Source: Candidatus Latescibacterota bacterium (GTDB taxonomy: Bacteria; Latescibacterota; CBDEFO01). Taken from it: a stretch of DNA of 64,000 bases. The position numbers and the translations under genes are program-made. This document shows positions 30,535-40,485 of the stretch, piece by piece (within the stretch, counting starts at the first letter, position 1; each line of letters begins with the position of its first letter). The notes under the pieces are model-generated. The model was given only the letters and a program-made list of their open reading frames with translations, ran no database searches and had not been told where the DNA came from. The stretch spans positions 160,001 through 224,000 of the forward strand of contig CBDEFO010000006.1 of NCBI GenBank assembly GCA_965237525.1, given 5' to 3'.

Positions 30535-31398
30535 TTACGACACCATCGCTGGGCTGGACGCTACCCGGAATCCACTAACCAACCCCTTGTTGTGCGTCCC
30601 GGAGCTGGCTGAGATACGCTCACAACAGCGCAGGCCGAACGTGTTGTTCTCCCAGGAACCACCCCGGATCGCCCGGAACGAGCGGGCCGGCACCTGCAGG
30701 TGATCGTTGTCTCGCCACCGTACGATCGGACTATACAACGCATTGACATCCTCTTCCGGGCCGAGCGGATTAGCACAGCGGCTTACCTCATAGTAGCAGG
30801 GATGGTAGGCATCCGCACACCACTCCCACACGTTTCCGGACATGTCGTAGAGGCCGTATCCATTGGGAGAATAACTTCCGACTGGGGTGAGGCCCCAACC
30901 CTGGTTGTTGAGCGGCGTCACGTCAGGTTTATGGCAGGCATGACGCCAGTTGCAATGCTGCCCGGGTGGATCATTCCCCCAAGAGTAGTCGGACCGCTCA
31001 AGGCCACCCCGCGCGGCTTTCTCTCACTCCGCTTCGGTGGGCAGCCGCAGACCGGCCCAGATGGCGAAGGCGACCGCATCGATCCAGTTGACGCAGATGA
31101 CAGGGTAACGCTCTTTTCCAGGGCTAGCAAAATGTGACCAGACCTGCAGGGTTTCCCCTGCCCGCTCACGAGTGGTCTGGTACTCAGTCTGCGCCACAAA
31201 CCAGGCGAAATGGGCGTTGGTAACAGGATACTGGGCCATGTAGAAACTGTCAAGATAGACCTTGTGCACTGGTCTGGTATCCGGCTCCGGACTTAGCTCC
31301 ATCACGTCGCCCATCCAAAATGGACCAGAAGGGATCAAAACGAGTTCGATCTCAGGACCGCCACCAGGCAGCGTAAGTCTCTTTTTACAGCATCCCAC
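30535..31398 (-). pseudogene. Formylglycine-generating enzyme family (SUMF1/EgtB/PvdO) protein with an in-frame TGA at 31024-31026
   Basis: LRLPTEAE*EKAARGG, where the family consensus has W; PNGYGLYDMSGNVWEWC, RGGSW, GFR. Confidence 0.85.
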
Positions 31399-31545
31399 AG
31401 GAATTTATCCTTTCGCCTAATTCCTGAGAATAGTACTAATTTAGCGACCGCGTACTGGCTGTCAGGACTGCGGATACTATATGTAGCGGAATGTGGCCAA
31501 CAGATGGGGAAAAACGGGATTGCAGTCCTCCTTATCAGTCGGAGG

Positions 31546-32586
31546 CTATAACGGAAAACATACCGCTTCCCCAGACATTTCCGATCGATAGGCCGCTTCT
31601 ACAATCTCCAGATCCTTTCGTCCTTCTTGAGCGTCCATCGGCGATTCTTTATCCGTCTGAATCCATTCTACAAACTCCCGACACTCGGCCGCAAATCCGT
31701 CTTGATGCCGATGTCCACTCAGGTCGATACGCAACTCACCCTCGGCCGGCCCAACACCCTCGATTCCACGGGAATGGATTAAGAGGGTATCCTGACCCTC
31801 CGAGATGATCGAGCCATCCGTACCGTAGACTGCAAAACGAGGTCCGGGACCGGGGTGGGAAGTCGCCCAACTTATCACCATATTTCCGATGACCCCATTC
31901 TCAAACTTTACTGAAAGCACGGAGGTATCTTCCCCTTCCAGGAAGAGTTCTGGGCTTACTCTGTCGGCAAAGAGGGCGAAGACTCGATCGGCTCGACTCC
32001 CTGCCAGCAACCGCAGCGTCCGAACCGAATGAATACCCAGGCTCATCAGGCTCCCTCCACCGGCAGTCTCACGCTGAAACCACCACGAATCCGGCCGGGG
32101 GCCTATGCGCCATAACTCATGCACACGTACCATGAAAACTGTGCCGATCAAACCAGCATCGATCAACCGACACGCCTCTGTACTATCCGGCTGGAACTGA
32201 TAGTTCTCAGCGACAGCCAGGCGAGTTCCCGCCTGGTCAGCGGCCTTTAACATGGCGTCGGCTTCAGATAGGTTCAGGGCCATCGGCTTTTCCGTCATGC
32301 AGTGCTTTCCTGCTTCCGCTGCCTGCACAGCTACGGGACAGTGCAGATGATGTGGCAGCACTACACCCACGGCACCGATAAGATCCGATGCCAAAATCTC
32401 GTCAATCGAAGAAAAGGTCCCAACAACCCTTAGTTCTTGTTCTGCCCGTTGAACTTTGACTGGATCAATATCATAGACATACAGATCCACATCTTCCATA
32501 TCACTGAAATGCCCGGCATGGGTATAACCCATCCATCCAAGACCGATCACACAGATACCCAGTTTCCGGGAACTGACATTTTTCAT
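31546..32586 (-). CDS. Gfo/Idh/MocA family oxidoreductase
   Basis: IGLGWMG, AGKHCMTEKPMA, GGGSLMSLGIH. Confidence 0.9.
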   Translation of the reverse strand: MKNVSSRKLGICVIGLGWMGYTHAGHFSDMEDVDLYVYDIDPVKVQRAEQELRVVGTFSSIDEILASDLIGAVGVVLPHHLHCPVAVQAAEAGKHCMTEKPMALNLSEADAMLKAADQAGTRLAVAENYQFQPDSTEACRLIDAGLIGTVFMVRVHELWRIGPRPDSWWFQRETAGGGSLMSLGIHSVRTLRLLAGSRADRVFALFADRVSPELFLEGEDTSVLSVKFENGVIGNMVISWATSHPGPGPRFAVYGTDGSIISEGQDTLLIHSRGIEGVGPAEGELRIDLSGHRHQDGFAAECREFVEWIQTDKESPMDAQEGRKDLEIVEAAYRSEMSGEAVCFPL

Positions 32587-32903
32587 TGCCTTCTCCTTAT
32601 TTGGTGGTCACGCTCTGATGCGGCATTCGCCTTCCTATTGAGTGTCGCTCTCAAAAAGAAGGACGATACAGAATCAGATTGTGGATGTCAGTGAGAACTT
32701 CTCAGCCCAAAGTTCATGTCCACTTTATCAGCAGACTTCCTTATCCAGTCACGTTCTCGGATCGTCAGTTACTTTTGACCGCAGCGTGCTGGTGATATCT
32801 ACAGCCCACAACGCCCCCAAACCTAATAGGGCATGATCCCTCATGGCGACCTTCAGGACACTTGCAACTCTATATTTCATCCTGTGAGTCTTGTCAAAAT
32901 TCT

Positions 32904-33779
32904 TCACGACACCTGCGACGGCGTCAAACCGACACCATCCAGGCGGCGTTTCGCTTCCACATAAACATCCGGAGACAGGGGGCCTTTCAGCACGGTGCGT
33001 GCGTTCTCCTGAAGGTGTTCAGGATTCTGGGTGCCCACGATAATAGTACTTATCTGGGGATGTGCAAGCGTAAAGCGTAGCATGAAGGCAGTGTGGTTCT
33101 CGCCTTCCTCCCGTAATTCATCCAACTTCGCTTCGTCAAAACTGCCCCACTGCGCGGCAGAGCCTGAACCTATCCCCGGTTCACCACTTGCCACTCCACC
33201 TCGGATAATGGTACCTATCCCGGCTTCTGAGGCCTTGGTGATCCAAGTTTCGTGCTTCCGCTCGAGAGCTGAATACGGTATCTGGAATGTATCAAAGACA
33301 CCCCACGAAAGATAGGTAGGTAAATCGGGCAGCGTAGTGGAGATGCCGATCCAGCGCACTTTTCCCTGCTGGCGCATCTCTTGCATCGCCTCGACCAGGT
33401 TACCCTCCTCGCACTGCTGCACCGACGGGTTGTGGGGCTGTATCAAGTCTATATAGTCGGTTCTCAGACGCTGCAGGCTCTCCTGCAAGCCCCGAAAGAG
33501 GTTCTCCTTCGTCCAAATATGCCCATCCGGGTGACAGCCGCACTTGGTTGCCAAATAGTATTCTGATCTCCGGTGGGAGATACATTTGCCGATGAACTCT
33601 TCACTGCGACCATAGTCACTGGCGGTATCTATGAAGTTGATTCCGGAATCCAGCACTGCGTTGAAGATGGTCTTGGAGTTATCATCTGTCCATGGCCGCC
33701 TATCCCAGGCACCAAAGCCCAGGCGAGTCACCTCCAGTTCAGTGCGTCCTAAATTTGCGGTAGGTAAACCTTGTGACAT
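32904..33779 (-). CDS. Aldo/keto reductase
   Basis: LGRTELEVTRLGFG, FIDTASDYG, LATKCGC, SLQRLRTDYIDL. Confidence 0.92.
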   Translation of the reverse strand: MSQGLPTANLGRTELEVTRLGFGAWDRRPWTDDNSKTIFNAVLDSGINFIDTASDYGRSEEFIGKCISHRRSEYYLATKCGCHPDGHIWTKENLFRGLQESLQRLRTDYIDLIQPHNPSVQQCEEGNLVEAMQEMRQQGKVRWIGISTTLPDLPTYLSWGVFDTFQIPYSALERKHETWITKASEAGIGTIIRGGVASGEPGIGSGSAAQWGSFDEAKLDELREEGENHTAFMLRFTLAHPQISTIIVGTQNPEHLQENARTVLKGPLSPDVYVEAKRRLDGVGLTPSQVS

Positions 33780-34178
33780 TTGAAGTGCCTCCTCTTGATA
33801 TTGGGATTCAGTGTCAGAACGAGCGCCTCAGTCTGTACTCAGGCTCTATCACAGGCTAAACTCCCAAAGAGATAGTCGTTGCAGTAGCGATATCTCCCTT
33901 CAGAAAGTTCCGTCTCTATATGTTCGTCGAGATTGCCGAAGATCATTCATTTTATGATCTTCTACAGTCTTATGCCTCCTCTGCCTTGTGTTTCACACAT
34001 ACACGGACACTTACTTCGAGCACATCGGATAATATATCCGTCTGATATGTAGAAATCAAGTAAAATCACAACCAGTGCGCTACCTCGGCAGGGGATATCG
34101 TGATCTGTGTGTTTAACCCTATCAGTTCCATAAGTACACTCGTTGGATGATTCTGGCGCTTCAATGGAGAATAAACAC

Positions 34179-34213
34179 AAAAAGCCCGCAAGTCTATAAT
34201 TTTGCGGGCTTTT
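34179..34213 (-). terminator. Intrinsic terminator-like hairpin 3' of tRNA-Met
   Basis: AAAAGCCCGCAA...TTGCGGGCTTTT with A and T tails. Confidence 0.65.
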
Positions 34214-34226
34214 CATCGTATATTAT

Positions 34227-34303
34227 TGGTAGCGGTGGAGGGACTCGAACCCCCGACACGAGGATTATGATTCCTCTGCTCTAACCAGCTGAGCTACACC
34301 GCC
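34227..34303 (-). tRNA. tRNA-Met (CAT), elongator type
   Basis: GGCGGTGTAGCTCAGCTGGTTAGAGC...AATCATAAT...GGTTCGAGTCC...CCGCTACCA, 77 nt; no C1:A72 mismatch. Confidence 0.93.
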
Positions 34304-34317
34304 GTCATTCAAATTTA

Positions 34318-34346
34318 AATATGATAAATCTACCAACCTATGTCAA
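34318..34346 (-). promoter_or_regulatory. sigma70-type promoter for tRNA-Met
   Basis: TTGACA-N17-CATATT on the minus strand. Confidence 0.55.
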
Positions 34347-34404
34347 TATTTTTCTCACGAGTCAACGCAGGGCTGCGGCCCTCCGAACTCCGCTAAGTTC
34401 TTAT

Positions 34405-35490
34405 TCATTTGCCCTCGTATATCTCTTCATTGGGACGAGGAAGCCTTTCACGAACCACGGGCAACTTGGGGCCTCCCCACTGAGGCCTTGATAGATAGTA
34501 GTAAGCAGTGCTGGAATAATCGTTGCTCAATTTATTTGCGTGTCCGTGCTCGATGCTTACATTTATGCTCTTCTGAAAGCGTATCGGGTCTTCGATATGA
34601 TAGCGATAGACCGTGTTCTTACCCTTCCATGGCCAGTCGGGATTCCCGCTGTAAAGGATAACTCCATAGTAAGGGGCATTGTATTCCTGAGTGGGGCAAT
34701 AGGCGCAGTGGTACCAATCTTCAGTCCCCGTGCCGTGAAGCGACGGAGGCCATTCCTCACCGTCTATAAAGATCATGTCATCGCCTTCACCGTACCAATC
34801 ATTCGGATTCCGCTGAAAGCAGTCTATATCCAGATGAGCTCCGCAGTAGATGCCATCGCCCTCAACATCGCAGATGATATAGTTCTCCTTCCCTTCCTTG
34901 TTCAGAATTCGGGAGTCTTTCCAGATTTCATCTGGCTTGAGACCCTCTTCGTAGGCCCATCCTGCAGTGTTCGCCTCACGTCTCCACTGGACGTGAAAGT
35001 ACGATAAGTCAGCCACAGATTCGGGGTCCGGATACCGCTCGTAGTCGATGTAGAAGTAGTGCGAGTAGGTCTCCTCACCCTGATTTTCCACCTCTACAAT
35101 CGCCTTACTCTTGAACGGCATCGTCCACCAGGAGTTAAAGCCCTTGCCATCTTCAGGACTCATCTGGAGGGGCAAAGTTATGAAGTTCTTTCGCATTCCG
35201 TGACCCAATCCAAAAAAGTCCCCTATCGGACACTCCACACTCGGATCCTTGCAGTCGTCCCAGTACATACGCAGGACGATGCGCCTGCAGTAATCTTCGT
35301 TGGGGATACCGAGCGTCATCCAGATATGCTTAATGCAGGCGGGGCCTTCGATCTCGGCAACGACCCTTTTCGTCCCGGGTTCGATGCGCCAGGCATCTCT
35401 GTTGCCGCCCGTAACATCGTAGCTGGAGACACGATGACTGGTGTAATCCCGCAGTTTCGGCAGAGACGCCAAACTCGTCAGACCTATCAT
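34405..35490 (-). CDS. DUF2961 / glycoside hydrolase family 172 protein
   Basis: SSYDVTGGNRD, GPACIKHIWMT, PIGDFFG, WYGEGDDMIFIDG, GTGTEDWY. Confidence 0.88.
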   Translation of the reverse strand: MIGLTSLASLPKLRDYTSHRVSSYDVTGGNRDAWRIEPGTKRVVAEIEGPACIKHIWMTLGIPNEDYCRRIVLRMYWDDCKDPSVECPIGDFFGLGHGMRKNFITLPLQMSPEDGKGFNSWWTMPFKSKAIVEVENQGEETYSHYFYIDYERYPDPESVADLSYFHVQWRREANTAGWAYEEGLKPDEIWKDSRILNKEGKENYIICDVEGDGIYCGAHLDIDCFQRNPNDWYGEGDDMIFIDGEEWPPSLHGTGTEDWYHCAYCPTQEYNAPYYGVILYSGNPDWPWKGKNTVYRYHIEDPIRFQKSINVSIEHGHANKLSNDYSSTAYYYLSRPQWGGPKLPVVRERLPRPNEEIYEGK

Positions 35491-35493
35491 CTT

Positions 35494-36225
35494 TCATCCC
35501 CTTTCCTTTTCGATAATGGCAATGTAAGCAGAATTCTCGGAGTCAATGAATTTCTTGACCTTCCAACCGGTGTCCGAAAGAATAGCCTCCATCTCGTCTT
35601 TTGAAACAATAAGGTAGTCAAGCCAAGGGGTAACATATTTACTGTACCTTACTCTGATCCGCAACTGTCCGGGCATTCTGCCTCTTTTTCTGTTGAGTTC
35701 GTGATATTCCAAATGTTCCTGACGTTTTGTCTTATACGGGTTTCCACTTTCTCCGATTATCCTTCCCTTTCCCGAAGTTATTTTGTGAAATCTCCTCAAC
35801 AGCCATTTTGCCCTCTTCGCGCTGCCGAATAGACCGAAGTTGTTCCCTAACATAAGAATAGTTTCAAAAGTACCCAACTTAGAGCCTATTTGAGTGATAG
35901 ACAGTACTCTGGCATTTTGTATCCCTCTCCTTCTGCAGACTTCTACTGCCAGGGGAGAAGTATCCACCCCCATAACATCGAATCCCTTGCCCTGAAGATA
36001 CAGAGAATGTCTGCCGGCACCGCATCCTATGTCCAGCACTCTACCCTTAACAAATCTCATTGCTTTTCTCTGATGACCAGGCCAAACCTTATACTCTGAC
36101 AAATATGCCTTTGGACCTCCAGAGACAGCAAAATATCCATCGTCTCTTTCTACGATTTCAAGACCACCTTCACCCTCAAAGTAGTCGTATATTGCGCGGC
36201 CAAATGCGTCCTGGCAATCTTTCAT
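35494..36225 (-). CDS. Class I SAM-dependent methyltransferase
   Basis: VLDIGCGAGRHSL motif I. Confidence 0.88.
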   Translation of the reverse strand: MKDCQDAFGRAIYDYFEGEGGLEIVERDDGYFAVSGGPKAYLSEYKVWPGHQRKAMRFVKGRVLDIGCGAGRHSLYLQGKGFDVMGVDTSPLAVEVCRRRGIQNARVLSITQIGSKLGTFETILMLGNNFGLFGSAKRAKWLLRRFHKITSGKGRIIGESGNPYKTKRQEHLEYHELNRKRGRMPGQLRIRVRYSKYVTPWLDYLIVSKDEMEAILSDTGWKVKKFIDSENSAYIAIIEKERG

Positions 36226-36255
36226 AATCTCAAATCTCTCCTATTTGACAGAAGA

Positions 36256-36873
36256 TTAACACTCTTTAGCAATTACACAAAGTTCAGTGTATCCACTCCT
36301 GGGAAACGATCTACTAATAATCGGAGAAAATGTAATATTAAACAGTTTCATTATAAAACCATTAATACTATAGGGATCGATTCCTAAAACTTCTATTACG
36401 CGAAACTCATTACGGACAAATAGCGACTTTAACTTATAATAAGTATAGGATTTCTCATATCCATGCTGCCAGAAACCAAAATGAGATAACCTATAAAGCT
36501 GCCACAACGAAAATCTTGCCGGAACAAACGTAATTAGATAGCCGTCACCCTTCAAAACCCTCTTCATCTCTGCCAAAAAAGGCTTTTCATCCCTGAAGTG
36601 TTCCATTAATCCGGCGCTGAAGATGAGGTCAAACTTATTATTGGCAAAAGGCGTGTCTCTACAATCGGACAAAAAGGCGCTGGGAATATCTTCTCTTATC
36701 AATTTAATAGCAGTACTACTATTATCCAGAGCATAGCATTCCACATCGCTTCTATTCTCCTTTAACAGTCTTATGTTAGAGCCATAACCACATCCTATTT
36801 CAACGATTTCTTTTCGGCATGAACCTAATCTATCTATATAAGAATTTATTATCTTATCTCTTTCCAAAACCAT
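36256..36873 (-). CDS. Class I SAM-dependent methyltransferase (frame open about 20 codons further upstream)
   Basis: VEIGCGYG, PFANNKFDLI, GLMEHF, RVLKGDG. Confidence 0.85.
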   Translation of the reverse strand: MVLERDKIINSYIDRLGSCRKEIVEIGCGYGSNIRLLKENRSDVECYALDNSSTAIKLIREDIPSAFLSDCRDTPFANNKFDLIFSAGLMEHFRDEKPFLAEMKRVLKGDGYLITFVPARFSLWQLYRLSHFGFWQHGYEKSYTYYKLKSLFVRNEFRVIEVLGIDPYSINGFIMKLFNITFSPIISRSFPRSGYTELCVIAKEC

Positions 36874-37062
36874 CCATTTTTCTGCCTTAGATATTGAATA
36901 CCTCTCCCAATAGTCATCCCATTTTATAATATTATGTCACCCTCATATTTCAGCGAGTACTCAAAAGCTTGTTTCTACAGATTGCGGCTGACCTGTTGAT
37001 CTTGAAACCGAAGTTTGGGAGATTCTTCTTTAGGATGGATTATCCGAATTTGTTTGCTACAC

Positions 37063-37767
37063 CTACTCTCCGCGGGTTTGTAGTTCCTCACCCAAGAATA
37101 GACTGGATGCTGCCCTGCCATCTTTCTTGTTTACCTTTCTGAGATATTTTTTGTGCATCAGACCGGATTTGAGCGTTTCCACTTCCCAAGCTACCTCATA
37201 TCGGAACTTGGGTGTCTCCTTGACCACAAAGGGCCAAGGATAACCTCGCACATTAAGCAGCGGTGGAGATCTGTATGAAGTAACATCCTCTCGTTGAAAT
37301 TTCGGTCTCTGCTTTAGGTTCTCGATCTTCCATTTAGCGCTATCATCGTCCATTGTCAACTTCGCTGCTGATCTATAGGATAAGAGCGTATATGTATTGT
37401 TGTCTGGCGCTATACCTTTCACACCAGACGGATGAGAACCCTGATCCTGTAACCTAAACGTCTTGACCAATGTTGGTTGTGTTGGGTTGCCCAAGTCATA
37501 TATTTCTACCCGGGTCATGATCAAAACAATCAAGAACTTTTTGTAGTTTGCATATCCGCGAACATTGTAATCTGCTGGCGTTGTTACTTGTCCTGCTATC
37601 TTTAGATTAGCCTTGTCGTCTAAAACAACTACATTGAAGATTCTGCCAGATTTCCCGAAAGTGTCATAGATAAACAGATCATCGAACCAATAGATGTCCA
37701 GGTCGTGGTCAGCCCAGACTGGACACGTTACGAGCATAATGAAAGTGATCGATATCAAATGGCGCAT
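37063..37767 (-). CDS. Secreted hypothetical protein, tandem paralog A
   Basis: Signal peptide ending VWA; 234 aa; highly similar to 37872-38576. Confidence 0.75.
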   Translation of the reverse strand: MRHLISITFIMLVTCPVWADHDLDIYWFDDLFIYDTFGKSGRIFNVVVLDDKANLKIAGQVTTPADYNVRGYANYKKFLIVLIMTRVEIYDLGNPTQPTLVKTFRLQDQGSHPSGVKGIAPDNNTYTLLSYRSAAKLTMDDDSAKWKIENLKQRPKFQREDVTSYRSPPLLNVRGYPWPFVVKETPKFRYEVAWEVETLKSGLMHKKYLRKVNKKDGRAASSLFLGEELQTRGE

Positions 37768-37871
37768 ACATTGCCTCCTTTCTCATGGGACGGTGGCTAA
37801 CTCGTTCATCTTGGAACACAGCTTCAATAAATCCACACTTTGTTCGGATTACCCCAACTGGGTTCCTACTC

Positions 37872-38576
37872 CTACTCTCCACAGGTTTCTAGATCCTCAC
37901 CCAAGAATAGACTGGATACAACCCTGTCGCCTTTCTTGGTTACCTTTCTGAGATATTTTTTGTGCATCCGACCACATTCGAGCGTTTCCACTTCCCAATC
38001 TACTTCATATCGGAACTTGGGTGTCTCTTTTACCACAAAGGGCCAAGGATAATTTGGGAAATGACGGAATGGTGGGAATCTGGAGGATGTAACAGCCTCT
38101 CGTTGAAGTTCCGGTCTTTGTTTTAGGTTCTCGATCTTCCATCTAGAACTATCATCGTCCATTGTCAACTTCGCTGCTGATTTATAGGATAAGAACGTAA
38201 ATGTATTGTTGTCTGGCTCTATACCTTTCACACCAGACGGATGAGATCCCTGATCCTGTAGCATAAAGGTCTTGACCAATGTGCGTTGTATTGGGTTGTT
38301 CAAGTCATAGATTTCCACTTGATCCATAAGCAAAACAATCAGGAAGTTCCTGTAGTTTGCATATCCATCAACATTGTAATCTGCTGTCGTTTTCGCTTGT
38401 CCTGCTATCTTTAGATCAGTCTTGTCGTCTAAAACAACTACGTTGAAGATTCTGCTAGGTTCTCCGAAAGTATCATAGATAAACAGATCATCAAACGAAT
38501 AGACGTCCAGGTCGTGGTCAGCCCAGACAGGACACGTAACGAGCACAATGAAAGTAATCGACATCAAGCGCCGCAT
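37872..38576 (-). CDS. Secreted hypothetical protein, tandem paralog B
   Basis: Same length, with shared flanks, forming an 809-bp tandem unit. Confidence 0.75.
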   Translation of the reverse strand: MRRLMSITFIVLVTCPVWADHDLDVYSFDDLFIYDTFGEPSRIFNVVVLDDKTDLKIAGQAKTTADYNVDGYANYRNFLIVLLMDQVEIYDLNNPIQRTLVKTFMLQDQGSHPSGVKGIEPDNNTFTFLSYKSAAKLTMDDDSSRWKIENLKQRPELQREAVTSSRFPPFRHFPNYPWPFVVKETPKFRYEVDWEVETLECGRMHKKYLRKVTKKGDRVVSSLFLGEDLETCGE

Positions 38577-38763
38577 ACATTGCCTCTTTTCTCATGGGAC
38601 GGTGGATAAATCGTTCATTTCCGTTAGATTTCCAGCCTTCAATCCAACGCCACTTCGTCTACGTAAAAACGGCTATTGCGCACCCCATCGTCTCTGTGCA
38701 CAATAGCCGCCCTGTTCCTGGGGCGAGGAAGACCTCGTCCCTACACTGTGTCCTATATCAGAC

Positions 38764-40437
38764 CTATTGGGTGACTGCACCCTGGCACGCGGAGGAGACT
38801 AATCGGGCGTACTTGGCCATAACGCCGCTTTTGTAGCGCGGAGGTGGAGGCGTCCAGCGGCTCAGCCTTTCTTTCAGTTCCTCATCTGACAGTTCCACGT
38901 CGAGCCGACGGGATTCCACATCAAAGACTATGGTGTCGCCGTCCTGAACCGCTGCAATCGGTCCTCCCCGCGCCGCTTCAGGTGCGACGTGACCGACCAT
39001 AAGACCGTGCGTGGCGCCTGAGAAGCGTCCGTCTGTCAAGAGGGCGACCGAATCGCCAAGTCCCGCTCCGACAAGTGCCCCTGTCACAGCGAGCATCTCG
39101 CGCATACCTGGACCTCCTACGGGACCCTCGTACCGGATAACGACCACATCACCCGCTTTGATCTGGCCCCGCTCGATGCTCGGAAGGACGTCATCCTCAG
39201 CGTCAAAGACTCGAGCAGGACCCCGGTGGCTGGGACGCTCGTGGCCGGCCACCTTCAGGACGGAACCCTCGGGCGCCAGGTTGCCTTTCAGGATGACGAG
39301 TCCTCCGGTCGGCTTGATCGGATCTGAAAGAGGCCTTAAGACCTCTTGGCCCGGCGTCTCCGAGGCTTTACTCGCCTCCTCTTTGATGGTCTTCCCTGTA
39401 ACCGTTATTTCATCCGCGTTCAAGATTCCCGCATCCAGCAGGCGCCTGGCGACAAGAGCTATGCCGCCGGCGCGGTAGAGGTCGTTAGCTACGAAGCGGC
39501 CTCCGGGCTTTAAATCGGCAAGCAGCGGCGTTTTAGAACTGATCCGATCGAAGTCATCTATGGTCAAAGGGATGCCCATTTCGTGAGCGATAGCCAGAAA
39601 ATGCAGGACTCCGTTGGTGGAGCCGCCGGAAGTAGCGATAGATGCGATAGCGTTCTCGATTGAGGCCCTGGTGATAATGTGCCTGGGGCGGAGGCCCTGC
39701 TGTAGCATGTCCATTACTAATTTTCCAGCTTCGACTGCGACCTCGTCCTTTCTGGAGTCCATCGCCGGCACAGATCCGCTCCCCATAGGCGCCATCCCGA
39801 GTATCTCTATAGCGGTCGCCATCGTGTTGGCTGTGAACTGCCCTCCGCAGGCGCCAGCACCCGGACAGGCGTGATCCTCCAAATCGTGAAACTCCTCGTC
39901 CGTCATCTTACCGGCTGCGCGCGCGCCGACCGCCTCGAAGACATCCTGAATCGTCACATCGCGTCCCTGGAACTGTCCCGGCATAATCGAGCCGCCGTAG
40001 AGCATCAAGGAAGGGACATCAAGACGCGCCAGGGCCATCACCGTGCCGGGTATCGTCTTGTCGCAGCCTGAGAGGGCAACCACAGCGTCGAACATATTCC
40101 CGCGCGCCACAAGCTCGATTGAATCAGCGATGATCTCGCGGCTGACAAGCGACATCTTCATCCCCTCTGTCCCCATCGTGATCCCGTCGGAGATCGAGAC
40201 CGTGTTGAACTCTAATGGCGTGCCGCCGCCGGCTCGGACACCCTCTTTGACCTTCTCTGCCAATCGGCGAAGGTGAAAGTTGCAGGGACCAACTTCAATC
40301 CAGGTGTTGGCGATTCCGACTAAGGGTCGCGCTAAGTCCTCGTCCCTTAATCCGATCGATTTGAGCATCGCACGCGCCGGTGCGCGTTCCAACCCGTCGG
40401 TGATGGTGCTGCTAAGACGCTTTGTACTATCGGTCAT
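38764..40437 (-). CDS. ilvD: Dihydroxy-acid dehydratase
   Basis: PCNFHL, SDGITMGTEGM, GCDKTIPG, CPGAGACGGQFTANTM, TDGRFSG. Confidence 0.96.
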   Translation of the reverse strand: MTDSTKRLSSTITDGLERAPARAMLKSIGLRDEDLARPLVGIANTWIEVGPCNFHLRRLAEKVKEGVRAGGGTPLEFNTVSISDGITMGTEGMKMSLVSREIIADSIELVARGNMFDAVVALSGCDKTIPGTVMALARLDVPSLMLYGGSIMPGQFQGRDVTIQDVFEAVGARAAGKMTDEEFHDLEDHACPGAGACGGQFTANTMATAIEILGMAPMGSGSVPAMDSRKDEVAVEAGKLVMDMLQQGLRPRHIITRASIENAIASIATSGGSTNGVLHFLAIAHEMGIPLTIDDFDRISSKTPLLADLKPGGRFVANDLYRAGGIALVARRLLDAGILNADEITVTGKTIKEEASKASETPGQEVLRPLSDPIKPTGGLVILKGNLAPEGSVLKVAGHERPSHRGPARVFDAEDDVLPSIERGQIKAGDVVVIRYEGPVGGPGMREMLAVTGALVGAGLGDSVALLTDGRFSGATHGLMVGHVAPEAARGGPIAAVQDGDTIVFDVESRRLDVELSDEELKERLSRWTPPPPRYKSGVMAKYARLVSSACQGAVTQ

Positions 40438-40485
40438 TCTTCTCTCCCGTCTACCGGGCGAGGTTACCTCGCCCCAACATTCTGT

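Noticed and set aside
22915..31026. Genome-wide UGA reassignment (genetic code 4 or 25)
   Set aside because: TGA terminates clear genes here (infC, the DapA-family gene, the transposase) and TGG encodes Trp throughout.
36874..36935. Non-canonical ATT/ATA start for the methyltransferase (IIKWDDYWERY...)
   Set aside because: The frame is open and plausible, but I cannot distinguish a real non-ATG start from a mutated ATG or use of ATG 36873.
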